Below, piece by piece: positions 1-13,923 of a stretch of DNA of 51,792 nt (its first letter is position 1; every line of letters begins with the position of its first letter). The DNA comes from Octopus bimaculoides (Eukaryota). The notes below the pieces were generated by a model. That model saw nothing but the letters and a program-made list of their open reading frames with translations. It was not told the DNA's origin and did not search any database. The position numbers were made by a program, and so were the translations under genes. The stretch covers positions 104,391,516-104,443,307 of the forward strand of contig NC_068983.1 of NCBI RefSeq assembly GCF_001194135.2. The letters run 5' to 3'.

Positions 1-32
1 TATATATATATATATATGTATGTATGTATATA

Positions 33-646
33 TCTATTTATATATTTGAAATGGGAAATTCTTTCTTGTCTTGGGATTCACAGTCAAATGGCTGGTTGGA
101 ATTGCGTGAAAAATTACACAGATGCGTAGAATGATCTGGTGGTGATGCTGGACTTTGTATTTTTTTTCATAGCTCCCATGGTTACTGAGATAATCTACTA
201 TAATAATACTCTTGTGTTTATGAATGAGAAAGGAAGGGGTGATAGATAAATAAGGAAGGAAGGGGTGATGTCATATGTGGTAGTGGGATGATGAAAATTG
301 TATGCTGAAAAAATAAATCAAACAGTGTTTTAACTCTGTGTGAATATATGTGTGTATGTATGTAAAAGGGAGAGGAGTGAATGTGTGTGTGTGCATGTGC
401 GCGCACAATGGAAGTGGGATGGTTCATCTTTGCTTAGTATTTAGGTTTACTTTTAGATTTGATTGAATCTTGGTTGGGTTTTTTTTTTTTTGTTGGTCAG
501 TTGTTTTTAGTGATTTGACAGAAAAAAGGTCATTCTAAAATTGTTTTTTAACGTAATCATGCCCAAACAAGTCGAATGCTTACACAGAGCAGGTTTTACA
601 GCCACATCATCCAAACTGACTGGGTGAAACCAGGCTTAGCTGCTAG
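33..646 (+). mobile_element. Non-autonomous Helitron, copy 1
   Basis: Begins A|TC and ends with a small hairpin (ctgg gtgaaa ccag) then CTAG|T. Homologous over its length to 36714-37290 in opposite orientation. Confidence 0.78.
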
Positions 647-880
647 TATATATATATATATATATATATATATACTACTCTTCGAAACGCCTGTGTTAGA
701 ATGGGGGCAGCTGATGAAGTGAATGTTCTCTAAATGGCCTGTGTGTTTTCTGTACTCGTTTATCATTTTGTCTACGCTTTGTTTACATTTTCCTGTACCC
801 AGATATGCATCTATATATACAGGTAGATGTAAATATGTACATACATGTATGTATATATGCATATACTCATTTATTAATTG

Positions 881-883
<3 letters not shown>

Positions 884-960
<77 letters not shown>

Positions 961-970
961 ATATATATAT
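884..970. repeat. (TA)n microsatellite, representative of many TA/CA/GAT/TAA tracts (e.g. 13790-13858, 21397-21470, 34936-35000)
   Basis: Directly visible. Confidence 0.98.
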
Positions 971-1619
971 TTAAAAATATTATTGATAGTGATTTTGTAG
1001 CTCACTACATGTTGGCAAAGCCCTAGGGAGATTAACTACTGTGAAGGAAGCTTTAGTAATTGTGTGAAGCATAAATCACATCCGTATTTTTTTTTACTTG
1101 GTCTGATAATAAATTTCCTATATTCCTGTTTAATTCACCCAAAGAACTTCCAAAGGTTACATTTTCAAGAATACTGAAGTGAGCTATGCAGCTAACAGCA
1201 TTTGATTTTTATATCTCCCATCACCATTATTTATCTCTTTGCAGCTACTACTAATTTGTTCTCATTCTTTTTTCTAAATGTGAGAAGCCAAGTAGGTCCT
1301 CTACAAGAATCTGCTCTGCCCCAACCACTTCTTTCATACCTTAACCCTTATCTCCTAACAAAATGACCACCCTCACCTCAGGTTTCGTAGTCTTGTGAGC
1401 TGCATGGTGATCTCTCTAGTGCTGGTGGCATGAGAAAAGCACTTTGTACATTTTGTAATGTAGTTGTTTTTAGGAAGGGCATCCAGCTGTAGAAGCTATG
1501 CCAAAGCGGATACTGGAGAATGATGCAGCTTTGGACCATTGGTTCCTGTCAAACTGTCCAACCTTTGTCAGCATGAAACATGGACAATGATGGTGATTAC
1601 ATATGTTAATTGGAACTAC

Positions 1620-1850
1620 ATTCCTCGTGTTGATACATTTTTTCAACTAAATTTTAGTTTGCAACCTCTGGATACTAGCTTTGATAATGTTGTTGATAAT
1701 TTCATATATTTTGATAGCTTAACTTTAGAAATAATGCATGGTCTGATATTGAGAAAAATCCTTTCTAATATTAAAAAGAATGTTTTGGGTAACTGCTCTA
1801 ATCCTGATCGACTGTATGAGTGTGTCAAACTTAGATTAATTCAGAAAACT
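1620..1850 (+). mobile_element. CR1-like LINE reverse transcriptase fragment
   Basis: NVVDNFIYFDSLTLEIMHGLILRKIL aligns loosely with the CR1 RT motif VDVIYLDFAKAFDKVDHG..L.KL. Confidence 0.55.
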
Positions 1851-2084
1851 TGTAATCTTTGTGTTTGTGACATTATTCTTTCACCTTAAATATTACTAAA
1901 CACAGTCATCTGAAACTTGAAGCATGTTTGCTTAGTTGTTTACATAATATTGAGGACTACATTCATATATGTCCTAGATTTGCTGATATCATAAACTTTT
2001 AAGAGTACATGCTTCATTCATAGTTTAAAAGACTTACATATACATGGATCATGCTCATGTTAATAGTATTTAACTGTTTTTTTA

Positions 2085-2330
2085 TCATGGTGGATTCTTG
2101 TTCATGTCACTCAGCTGAGTGGTTTTTCTCTGAATGCTGTTGAAGATATCTGTTGCAGCAACAACACCCCAGATGTAGGAGCAGTACCCTATTATTGGTC
2201 ACACTTGAACTTTGATTAGAGAATTAGCAGTTTTTGAGGGTGAAGTATTTTTTGGCTCTGAAGGGCATCTTTGTGATGCCCTTTTTTGTAAAATTGAGGA
2301 TGTGTGCTTGCTAGAAAAGATCTTGATTGC
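2085..2330 (-). mobile_element. CR1/L2-clade LINE RT C-terminal fragment
   Basis: Minus strand reads ...VQV*PIIGYCSYIWGVVAATDIFNSIQRK, similar to YKAQVRP.MEYCSHIWG...LDRVQ. Confidence 0.65.
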
Positions 2331-2933
2331 TGGTGAGGTCCAGAATTTGTGGCAATCTTGGGAGTTTAGTTATGTACTCTTGATGTTAGGTAATGTTAGT
2401 AAAGTGTGATATTTTCTCCATGTGCAGTGATTGTGTGTACACACAATTAGATTTTGTAAGACAAATGCATGCACGACAGGAGTGTGATACCTTTATATGT
2501 TTGAAGCTGATAAACTAGCAACCAGCAAAAAGCAATATGGCTAGGGACTAGGTTTCATGTCATAGTACCATTCTCCCATGCAAATGTGCATATATACACA
2601 CTAGGGAATAACTGTTGAGTTCATCATCCATTCTTTGTCAAATTGTGTTTTTCTTACTGCACAGTGTCCAAAAATCGCTCACTTCTCCTTTCCAATCAAG
2701 TTTGGTGGGATTGCTGGATGGTCTAGTATACACATAATATGTAGATACATATACTTGGGGCATGCACAGACGCTAACATATTTACATATGTACATGTATG
2801 ATTACTTGCATAAGAAGAGATGTAGCACTATTGAAACTCCATATCACTCTTTATGTGTATGTGTGTATATATATATATGTGTGTGCATATGCATGTCTTA
2901 TACTTGTATGTATGTGTGTGTGTGCATGAGTAT

Positions 2934-2975
<42 letters not shown>

Positions 2976-3655
2976 CTCCAGTTCAACCAAAACCTTGTGA
3001 GCAGATTTGGAAGAAGATAACTGAATGAAGCCTGTGTATGCGTGTGTGTTTGTACCCTTGTCTTGACATCACACATGATGGTTGTAAACAAGCAATCAAT
3101 GATGTTTGCTACTAGTCTTCTGTGAAAAAACATATCTGGTTACGGGGGAAGTAGGTGGTGATTAGTGACAGGGAGGGCATCTGTCAGTAGAAAATCTGCC
3201 TTACCAAAGTTCATTAGACCCATGCAAGCATACAGAAGTGGATATTAAATGATGATAATGCATTTATATACATATATGCATATATATATATATTTATATA
3301 TATAGCCTAAATGTCAAGGCTGCATCACCTGATGAAGAGGATTGGCCTGCAAGAGTCCCATGCTGGTGTCATGTGGAATGCACTTGTGCCAGTGCCATGT
3401 ACAATGCACTTGTGCTGATGCCACATGATGGTGGTCAGGCTGGTGTCATGTTAAAAGCACCCAGCACACACTGTAAAGTGGTTAACATTAGGAAGGGCAT
3501 CCAGCCATAGAAACCAAGCCAAATCAGACTGGAACCTCGTGCAGCTTCCCAGCTTGCCAACTCTAGTGAAACTGTCCAACCCATGCTAATGTCAAAAATG
3601 GACATTAAAGGATGATGATATATTACGCACACATCCACGTGTTTGTGTGTGTGTG

Positions 3656-3686
<31 letters not shown>

Positions 3687-4011
3687 ATGATATATATATA
3701 TATATATCATCATCATCATCATCGTTTAACGTCCGCCTTCCATGCTAGCATGGGTTGGATGATTTGACTGAGGACTGGTGAAACCGGATGGCAACACCAG
3801 GCTCCAATCTAATTTGGCAGAGTTTCTACAGCTGGATGCCCTTCCTAACGCCAAGCACTCAGAGAGTGTAGTGGGTGCTTTTACGTGTCACCCGCACGAA
3901 AACGGCCACGCTCGAAATGGTGTCTTTTATGTGCCACCCGCACAAATATATATATATATAAAATGTATGGATGAATGTATATATATATATATAGTATGGA
4001 TGAATGTGTAT

Positions 4012-4059
<48 letters not shown>

Positions 4060-4456
4060 CTTAGAACTATCATAGAAAAGCTCAGTATATCTAAACAAAA
4101 GATGTGGATGTCTCCAAGGCATTTGATAATGTCAAGTGAAAGGCCAAGTTAAATTTCCCATTGAATTATATATCTCAGATGAGATTATTAAAGCCAAACC
4201 CATAAAGCTTTGTGTAGAAGCACAAACTGTCTAACCAAAGAGTTTCCAGCAACAGCTTTTCTTTTCTTTTTCTGATTTTAGTAAACTACATCCTAAGGTA
4301 AAATCTTAATTCCATACTAGTCAAGGGCCTCACCATCTTGTAGAAGTAATTAAGACATTCACAGAAAGTATGTCTCTATCTTTCTCACCTTGACTCTGCT
4401 GATGATCCTTTCCTCAGCTCATCAATGATGTCATGTGCAAGAATTGTTAACTTGTA

Positions 4457-4826
4457 CAGGCATGGCTGTGCGGTAAGTAAGAAGTTTGCTTCCCAACCAT
4501 ATGGTTTAGGGTTTGTTCCCGCTGTGTGGCACCTTGGGCAAGTTGTCTTCTACTATAGCCTCAGGCCGGAAACTGAAAGAAACCCATCATATGTGTGTGT
4601 GTGTGTGTGTGTCTTTGTGTCTGTTTATCCCCCCTCCCCACTGCTTCACAACCAGTGTTGGTGTGTTTACATCCCTGTAATGTAGCAGTTTGACACAAGA
4701 GGATGATAGACTAAATACCAGGCTTAAAAAGTAAGCACTGGGGTTGATTCATTTGGCTAAAAATCTTCAAGGTGGTGCCTGAGCATGGCTACAATCTAAT
4801 GACTGAAACAAATAAAGGATAGAAGA
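4457..4826 (+). mobile_element. tRNA-headed SINE, family A (related copies at ~2990-3258+, 12006-12390+, 13362-13585+, 14860-15120+, 35175-35505+, 41755-42138-, 42770-43110-, 49035-49485+, 50175-50620+)
   Basis: Shared head ggcatggctgtgtggtaagaagcttgcttcc...gggttcagtcccactg and core ccttgggcaagtgtcttctactatagcc recur in at least ten copies, with two alternative tails. Confidence 0.9.
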
Positions 4827-4837
4827 TAAAAAATTGC

Positions 4838-5470
4838 CTTGAGAATGTTGCAGCCAAAATCAGTCTGTTTCTCAGTGCAAAAAAGAACCATCAATGAGGA
4901 TAAAAGCCAACTGCCAATTTGTTCCAATGATGATACACAGCTCAAGAAGGTCAGTGAACTTAAGTACCTTGAGTCCTTCATTCCAGACAGTAATAAGGCC
5001 TTCCTGATGCAGAGAAGACAAGCCAGGAGTGCCTGTAATAAAGTTTAACCCTTTAGCATTCAGATTACTCTTTCAGATGCAATATTTATTCATTCACATT
5101 GTTTTGAATTAATCATGCATTATCTTGTAGCTTTGAGATTTTGACGATATAATTGTTTATTTTTAGGATGGTATTGTAAAATAGGTTTGAGAGGTTGAAT
5201 CTGGCCAGTTTGAACAGAAAACAAGGTTGAATATTGGCTGGATATGGCCGGTTTAAATGCTAAAGGGTTAAAACATTTAGCAATCAAGTATTTCAAAGTC
5301 AGTATGGTTGGCCTTCTTCAGGGAGATGCGTTGAGAGCATTCTTCTCTACTGAGTTAAAACCTGGTCTATGAAGAAGGATTTTCAAGATTGCAAACACAA
5401 CAAGCTTCTCATGAGGGTTCAAAACATCTCATGGCACGTGCATAAGATGAAAGAAGAGATTGACGAACAC
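4838..5470 (+). mobile_element. RTE-clade LINE fragment split by the piggyBac MITE
   Basis: ENVAAKISLFLSAKK...LKKVSELKYLES...ARSACNK before the MITE; CVESILLY*VKTWSMKK...RVQNISW after it. Confidence 0.8.
5049..5267. mobile_element. piggyBac-type MITE with TTAA target duplication
   Basis: TTAA-ccctttagcatt ... aatgctaaaggg-TTAA; interrupts an RTE LINE fragment. Confidence 0.85.
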
Positions 5471-6733
5471 ATTTCATCCATCTCTGTTATTATATTACTC
5501 AGTGTATGATATATTGAATGTTGCACATTTTTATATATATGCACATATGGTGTGTGTATGCACACACACATGCAAGTGAACAAACAAAGGAAAGTAACAT
5601 GCACTCAATACATGATTAGAATTGTATTTAATAAGCTGAGTTAGACTGTTGTTTGATATATATATATGTGTGTATGTGTTTGTGTATGTGTGTGTGTGTA
5701 TATATATATATATACATATACACACACACATACACACACAAATGTACATGTGTATGCTTATCCTATTCCTTTTACTTAATCACTGTGTATATCTCTCTAT
5801 TTTGATTTTAATTCTAATCCAGTGTAGAATTTTTTGCTTACCATTGTTATGTATATTGTCCCTCCCTAATCTTTTTTGTCACCTGTCTTTTTCTTTCTCT
5901 ACTTCTAACCCTCTCTCTCTCTCTCTTTCATCTTTCTCTCATACTCTCCCTTTCTGTCTTTCCTCTTTGTCTCTCCTCCCTTTCCCCATCTAATATTTCT
6001 TTCCCAGAATTCTCCCGTTCACACATGCTCATCGTTTCTTCTTTGAACTTGGCCACTTTTAAGCCACTTTGTTCATTGTTTCTCTCAGTTATCCCCATGC
6101 TCACTACCCTTGGTTTGTCAGTTTTCTTTTCCTTCAGTCTAAAGATAGTTCTTCTCAGCTAATGTCCTAACATACACATATTCCTGTGCTTAGGCATGGC
6201 TGTGTGGTTGAAAAGTTTGCTTCAGAACTGATTCTGTGCTCAGTTCTACTGTATGACACTGTCTAGTAGTGACAAGAGGGCCATCTGGCTACAAAAAAAA
6301 AAAAAGCCTCAACAAATTTTAATTGACCTCGGCAAGGATAGAAAAGAGGCTATTAAAACGACGTGTATTTACACACACACACACACACGTTTGTGTCTGT
6401 GCATGGGTATTATGGCTAAAGTATCTGGCCTTTTTTTTTGACACTGGAACATGCTAGCTGATACTTAGTAGTATTTATGTTGTACAAGTGTCTATTGCTA
6501 TAATCTCAATGATGCACAAATACGTCTGGACACCACCAATACATTATGTCACTTATGACTAATATTATCCATCATTGAAGTATTTTACAAGGAAAAGAAT
6601 CGAATAACCAGTGTTATCTATACTAGTCTTTCAAAGCTTTTTGGCAAAGTATTCAGACTTGATGAGTTGGAAATGCAATTACAAACCTACACATTTGGTA
6701 GCAAGAGATATATTTTGACATCATATTCTTTAA

Positions 6734-6940
6734 CCTTTTCCATATCCAGCCAAAATATTCTATTTTGCTTTATTTTAAAACAGACCAGATCCAGCCTCTC
6801 ATAACTGCCCTACAATGCCATTCTAAAAATAAACAATTACATCTTCAAAATCTTGAAGCGACAAGATAATGCATGATTAATTCAAAACAATGTGAATAAA
6901 TAAGCATTACATTTGACAGAATAATTTAAATGCTAAAGGG
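6734..6940. mobile_element. Second copy of the same piggyBac-type MITE, reverse orientation
   Basis: TTAA flanks; internal sequence is the reverse complement of 5049-5267; one TIR is degenerate. Confidence 0.8.
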
Positions 6941-7184
6941 TTAATCTTGGTTATTAGAAGAATAACCAAGCAGAGTACCTTATAATATAGCCAATTACTG
7001 GGAAGTGACTAGAAAATATGTCCCAAATATTACCTTTTCCACAATTGGGTCAGTTTACTGCTACTGACAGCTGCTCAATTTAGCAACAAATGTGAAAATG
7101 TAAACAAGTGGACACATCTACTGGTGTGCTGCTGGAGCATACAAACTCAGTTGGATGTTAAAAATATTATAGACTTGATGTAGA

Positions 7185-7950
7185 GGATTCTTTTATGTAT
7201 CTTGGTATCTCAGTCTCTAAGAATGCTTCCATGCTTTCTGAGATCAACTTGAGAATTGAGAAAGCTTCACTTGCATTTCGAACATTGAAGAAATAAGTTT
7301 GGTTAGATAGGGACTTGAAACTTTCTAATAAGTCTTAAATCTATGATATTTGCATTGTCACATTTCTGCAATACTCAATTAAGACTTGAACTCTGTATTC
7401 ACTGCACATCAAAATACTCAAAAGATTGCACCAGAAATGTCCAAAGTGTATATTAAACATCAGCTGGAAATTTTTTACACCTAACACAGAAGTGCTGGAG
7501 AAAAAAAAACAAAAAAAAAACAAAAACCCAGTCTGTCTCAGTGTGGAGGCTCACATCATCAAATATTATATGTAGTGGATTGGTCAACTCATCCCCGTTG
7601 ATGATTTCAGGCTTCTGAAGTAATTCTCTTGTCTTGAGCTCTCAACTTACTCTGAAGTCATGGAGGATGCTGTCATGATATACTCTATGCTAGTTTTCTC
7701 CATCTGTCACAGCCATGTGTTAGAGCTTGGAACTTTACTAATGATTTGTTCGTTCATTTCTTGACATAGGCAATTTTTCCATTTGTTTGTCACTCCTTTT
7801 CCACAGCTCTTTGAAGAATGTTTTTGTAAAGTCACTCGATCATGTTTTATGGCCATAGTATCTCAGCTTTCTTCATCATTGATTGAAAGTCTTTACAAAG
7901 GCCAGTGTGACACTGGACGTTTTTATGAAACTACTCATTTGTAATATAGT
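7185..7950 (+). mobile_element. RTE-clade LINE fragments
   Basis: FMYLGISVSKNASMLSEINLRIEKASLAFRTLKK*VW...ILNISWKFFTPNTEVLE, followed by a more decayed RT piece (LIESLYK). Confidence 0.75.
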
Positions 7951-8548
7951 CCAAGTACAAGTTGCCTTAGATGTTTTAAAGTGTGTGTGTGTGTTTTTGC
8001 ATATCTTGATATGCTGTGCAATCTTTGTAAACAAAAGGTTTATTCAAAGAATGTTTATTTCTAGTTCTGTACATAATCATGCCTAGGCTATTCATTGTTC
8101 AGTAGACTAAGGGATTATTAATTTGCTTTGAAACAGTGATGGTTATCATCAAGGACATCTGGCTGTAGAAACACTGTTGAAATGCAATCTCATCCAACCC
8201 ATGCAAGCATGGAAAATTAAACATGAATATGACAATGATGATGATGTTGATGCATACATACACTGACAATAATATCTCAGTTAGCACTTTTGATACACTC
8301 TCAAAAATACAGTGCTAAACGGGCTCATTATAACATAACATAGCTCAGAGATATGAGCTTGATATTGTATTTTTAACAGTGATCAAACACAAATCATCAT
8401 CATCGTTTAACGTCCGCTTTCCATGCTAGCATGGGTTGGACGATTTGACTGAGGACTGGTGCAACCGGATGGCTACACCAGGCTCCAATCTAATTTGGCA
8501 GAGTTTCTACAGCTGGATGCTTTTCCTAACGCCAACCACTCCGAGAGC

Positions 8549-9212
8549 NNNNNNNNNNNNNNNNNNNNNNNNNNNNNNNNNNNNNNNNNNNNNNNNNNNN
8601 NNNNNNNNNNNNNNNNNNNNNNNNNNNNNNNNNNNNNNNNNNNNNNNNNNNNNNNNNNNNNNNNNNNNNNNNNNNNNNNNNNNNNNNNNNNNNNNNNNNN
8701 NNNNNNNNNNNNNNNNNNNNNNNNNNNNNNNNNNNNNNNNNNNNNNNNNNNNNNNNNNNNNNNNNNNNNNNNNNNNNNNNNNNNNNNNNNNNNNNNNNNN
8801 NNNNNNNNNNNNNNNNNNNNNNNNNNNNNNNNNNNNNNNNNNNNNNNNNNNNNNNNNNNNNNNNNNNNNNNNNNNNNNNNNNNNNNNNNNNNNNNNNNNN
8901 NNNNNNNNNNNNNNNNNNNNNNNNNNNNNNNNNNNNNNNNNNNNNNNNNNNNNNNNNNNNNNNNNNNNNNNNNNNNNNNNNNNNNNNNNNNNNNNNNNNN
9001 NNNNNNNNNNNNNNNNNNNNNNNNNNNNNNNNNNNNNNNNNNNNNNNNNNNNNNNNNNNNNNNNNNNNNNNNNNNNNNNNNNNNNNNNNNNNNNNNNNNN
9101 NNNNNNNNNNNNNNNNNNNNNNNNNNNNNNNNNNNNNNNNNNNNNNNNNNNNNNNNNNNNNNNNNNNNNNNNNNNNNNNNNNNNNNNNNNNNNNNNNNNN
9201 NNNNNNNNNNNN
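8549..9212. other. Assembly gap (N run)
   Basis: Directly visible. Confidence 1.
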
Positions 9213-9350
9213 CCAACAGAAGGACAGACAGAATGTCTCCTTGGATACTCCTGTGAAAATTTATGACATCAAAAACAATTGCTTTGCTCTCATTGCAAAT
9301 TATAAAGATTGTTGACCAGGTCTGTTTTGAGCTTTCCAATGGCAGCAACT
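9213..9350 (-). mobile_element. R4/Dong-like LINE RT fragment beside a gap
   Basis: INFHRSIQGDILSVLLL resembles the RT motif RGIFQGDSLSPLLF. Confidence 0.6.
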
Positions 9351-12300
9351 GGGGCAGTAATCATCATCATCATCGTCGTTTAACATCCGCTTTCTATGCT
9401 AGCATGGGTTGGATGATTTGACTGAGGACTGGTGAAACCAGATGGCTACACCAGGCTCCAATCTGATTTGGCAGAGTTTCTACAGCTGGATGCTTTTCCT
9501 AACGCCAACCACTCCGAGAGCGTAGTCTTGTCTTTTTTTTAATGGCTGTGATTACAGAAACCATGGATAGCAAATAGAGTCAAATGCCTTTCTGTAATCA
9601 AGCTATATTTTAATATAGCTTTGCAGTGTTCTCTTATGTCAGAGAGTACCACTTCATTATCAAAAAATATTCAGTACAACTTTATAGTCTCTTTTTTTCT
9701 TGTTTGCTCATCACTCACTACCTTGTTGGATTCAAAATGGTCTTGTTGAAACAACTTGTGTAAATTTTATACATGATGTTTAAGCAATCTGCAGACCTAT
9801 CTATAGCTTTTTGCTTAGTGTTTTAATTCTTGATTACAAGATCTGTTTGTGCCCAAGCCAGTTTGGTATGTCAGTCTGATTTTCTTAGTTATTTTAAAAA
9901 TACGTATTTGTGAATTTCCATAGATTGTCAACATCTGCCAGCATCCAAGTATTAGTTCTTTTTCTGGTGCATTTCCAGCATGCAGCTTTGATGAAAGTTG
10001 TTTCACTTTTAACAGATACAGTATTCTTTCTTTATGGTACATTCTGACTGAAATCCTTCTCATTTCACTTCTTAGACTAAAATAGTTTATGATCTTCCTG
10101 AGAAGGGATCTTGTTATTTAATGATAGCTTAGAGAAATTGGGAAAATTATTTTCAAATTTCAAATTGCACTTAAAATTTTTTTTTTTAAACTACATATAT
10201 TCTACAGACATCTGCAGTTAGGTTGGCATAATTGTTGTACAAAACATTAAAACACACATTTTGAATTTTATTGCTATTTTTTTGGCGAGTGAGCAGCTCT
10301 TGCTGGCAATCAACCTATATATATAAAGAGGAAACAAAAGTAGGTGTAACTTGTAGGTGCAGGCATGTAAATATTTGTTGAGAAGCTTACTTCACAATCA
10401 CATGAAATCCAATCCTGCTTCACAGCACCTTGGGAAAGTTTCTTTTATAATTTTGGTTCAACCCAAACCTTATAAATGAAACTGAAGGAGTGGAAACTAT
10501 GTAAAGCCCATCAGATGGACTGTATTTGTTTCCATGCTCAACTCAATACCACCCTCTGGATGTTTAGCAAAGTCTGCTCTTTGCAAGAATTCAGGCCAGG
10601 TCTTTAGTCTGAGGATAACTGATGCATTGTGCTTCCTTGGTTTCTCCCTGTTAGTCTTGGAGGCCCTGAAAAAACACCATTGATGCTGCCTTTCTCCTAC
10701 CTAATCCAGAATTAAAAAGTTGCTAGTATTTTATCTTTTCTGATATTTCTGCCTATTGCTAAGACCTGTCATTACTGTTATATTTTATCACTGTCTGTGA
10801 AGAAAAGACATTGTTCATAGACCATTGAGGAAAGAGATATCTTGGATCAGGCATACAGTGAAAATGAATCACAGACTTAAGCATGCTGTTTATGAGGTAT
10901 TTGAAAAATTGGTGATTAGTGTAAGGCAGGAGAATATAGGAATTTTTTTTTTTTTTAATGTAGATTTGTGTATAATGTTTGCTGCAAAGTTTGGGGTAAG
11001 ATGTGAGATTTTGAACTGTTCAGAGTAAAAGTATCAGTTTGATTTTTAAAAAATCCTAATTAGCTAGTACTTGCATCCAAATAGACATTCCATTTGAAAT
11101 TGGGATCTGGCAAAGATATAAAGATTTTCCTTTTTTTTTTTATATTAAGCAATACTGCAAAAGATGAGATAAATCTATAACTATTAATATCTAATATTGA
11201 AGAAACATCTTTTTGAAACAAAGAAAATTAGTGAACTCTACTTGGCAACTATAAAGGAATTGGAGGTATGAGTGGAAGCATAATTTCTAGAGCACGGGTT
11301 TTATTGACTTTATGATAGAAGGTTGGCCTGACAGTAGAAGAGTAGTTATAACTTGTATTGATTATAGAAAATGGTGGGATGATGATGAAGATGATGATGA
11401 TAGTGCTGGTGGTAGGGGGTAGGTAAGATGCTGCTGCTAATGATGGTCAGTATAAGCTGTTGATCTAATAGCAATTATATTGAAAGGCTAGATAGTAAGC
11501 ATTCTTCTGAGTGAATCAAATTTCCCAGTGGTATATGGGCAGCAAAAATAGAAGACCAGAAAAAAGCTAGAGTTATGACATAAGCATGCTTTATTGAATG
11601 TAGAATGTAATTTTGATGGCTAAATTAAATTAGTGAAACAATAAAGCTTGTTCAAATGATAAACACTATAAAGACTAATCCAATCAGATCATGCAAATGT
11701 CTGAATTTACAAGGCTTAGTAACTATACATATATTCTATAGTCTGAGAGATTGTGAATATATGTTTCTGGAAATCATCATGATTATCATAAATGCCTTAA
11801 TTTCTGTTTTCTGATACTAACTTAGGTTCTTCAGCTTTGCAATATAGTGGCTTTCCATTAATTTCAATCATAGGTTATCTATGACATTCAATATTTTTAG
11901 GTTTGATCTAAAAACTTCTTTCTATTGAGATCAATGTGCCAAAAGTACCTTTTACTATCGATTCACTATCATTTTTTATTCAACATGTACTATTCATTCA
12001 TATTAGGTGCAGGCCTGGCTGTGTGGTAAGAAGCTTGCTTCCAACCACATGGTTTTGGGTTCAGTTTCATTGCATGGCACCTTGGGCAAGTGTCTTCTGT
12101 AGCCTCGGGCTACAGAAGCCTTGTGAGTGGATTTGGTAGATGGAAACTGAAAGAAGCCTGTTGTATGCAGGTCTTCATATCTGCGTTTGTCCCCACTTCT
12201 CCAAAGCTTAACTGGTGTTGGTGTATTTATGTACCCATAATTTACTGGTTTGGCAAAAGAGACTGATAGGATAAGTACTAGGCTTAAAAAAAAATAAGTC

Positions 12301-12434
12301 CTGGGGTTGATTTGTTTGAACAAAACACTTCATGGCAGTACCTCAGCATGGCCACAGTCAAATGACTGAAACAAGTGAAAGATAAAAGATTACATATCCA
12401 ATTATCTTAGTTCACTCCTGCAAATGTAGGTTAA

Positions 12435-12651
12435 ACCTTTTGTTACCATGTTTCTGTGGCTATACAATCTTTGTCTCAGTTAATTTTGAAAATGAAGAAT
12501 TTCATAAATTAACTTTGTCCTTATCAAGCTGATATTTTGAATATAGATTAACATGAAAGTTTGATGGACAGTTTTAAATTTAGATCACTTTTAACAGGAA
12601 GTTTGTGTCAGAGAAATAAGGGTGGTCTCGGATATGTTGGTATCAAAAGAG
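12435..12651. mobile_element. Different TTAA-flanked MITE
   Basis: ttaa-accttttgttacc ... ggtatcaaaagag-ttaa imperfect TIRs. Confidence 0.55.
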
Positions 12652-12811
12652 TTAATGTCTTGAGATCAAGTTACTTATCTTAACTTTCTTCTAGTCAACC
12701 TTTTCCGCACTACATGTGCAATAAACTACATTCAGTTCACACCTCTTCAGTCTTACACGTTTACTTGCCCATGTTTGTGATCATGTTATCATCTTTTATA
12801 TATATATATAT

Positions 12812-12967
12812 NNNNNNNNNNNNNNNNNNNNNNNNNNNNNNNNNNNNNNNNNNNNNNNNNNNNNNNNNNNNNNNNNNNNNNNNNNNNNNNNNNNNNNNNN
12901 NNNNNNNNNNNNNNNNNNNNNNNNNNNNNNNNNNNNNNNNNNNNNNNNNNNNNNNNNNNNNNNNNNN
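12812..12967. other. Assembly gap (N run)
   Basis: Directly visible. Confidence 1.
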
Positions 12968-13613
12968 TTTCGATTCCCAGACCGGGCGTTGTGAGTGTTT
13001 ATTGAGCGAAAACACCTAAAGTTCCACGAGGCTCCAGCAGGGAATAGTGGCGAACCCTGCTGTACTCTTTCACCACAACTTTCTCTTACTTCCTGTTTCT
13101 GTTGTGTCTGTAATTCAAAGAGTCAGCCTTGTCACACTGTGTCACGCTGAATATCCCTGAGAACTACGTTAAGGGTACACGTGTCTGTGGAGTGCTCAGC
13201 CACTTGCACGTTAATTTCACGAGCAGACTGTTCCGTTGATCGGATCAAGTGGAACCCTCGACGTCGTAAGCGATGGAGTGCCAACAACAACATCATCTTA
13301 TATGCACAGAACATATTAATTACTTTATTTTATTTCATTTTACAGAGTAACTAACTATTTTTCATGGTTGTGTGATTAAGAAGTTTGCTTTGCAACCACA
13401 TGATTTTGGGTTCAGTCCCACTGCATAGCACCATGATTGAGTGTCTTCTACTACAGCCCCAGGTTGACCAGTGCCTTGTGAGTGGATTTGGTAAATGGAA
13501 ACTGTATGGAAGTTCATTGTGTATGTGTATATGCCAGTGTTTATGCTTGACAACTGGTGTTGGTTTGCTTACCTACCTGTAACTTAATGTATAAATGTAT
13601 GTGTGTGTGTGTG

Positions 13614-13657
<44 letters not shown>

Positions 13658-13799
13658 GTATATAGGCGATTTAATATATTTAATGTGTCTAATTTGCTTA
13701 TCCGCATAATTTCGTCTATACCTGCTCAACTTTATCCCTCTTTACTGTAATGACATTGTAGTCTAAGTTTGGATCTTTTGAGCACTCCACACACACACA

Positions 13800-13861
<62 letters not shown>

Positions 13862-13923
13862 TATTGAACGGTGAGCAGTGAGAATGAGTGTTCAACACTA
13901 TTGGTGGATGAATATTCTTTACT

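Noticed and set aside
670-720. Permuted hammerhead (CTTCGAAAC … CTGATGAAG)
   Set aside because: Stem I cannot form between the cleavage triplet and CTGATGA.
723-1026. YI/CV/TH-rich ORFs here and throughout the track
   Set aside because: Translations of TA, TG and CA microsatellites.
1539-1889. 116-aa ORF with an exon-like acceptor and donor
   Set aside because: Better explained as a SINE tail followed by a CR1 RT relic.
7807-7945. Exon-like open frame LFEECFCKVTRSCF…
   Set aside because: Colinear with RTE RT motifs and ends in a stop without a good donor.
8436-9348. Long ORFs of 265-291 aa (also 12714-13019 and 38630-39170)
   Set aside because: Open only because they run through N gaps; the flanks are SINE or LINE sequence.
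12006-12080. tRNA genes at SINE heads
   Set aside because: A/B-box-like motifs only, no full cloverleaf, and they continue into SINE bodies.
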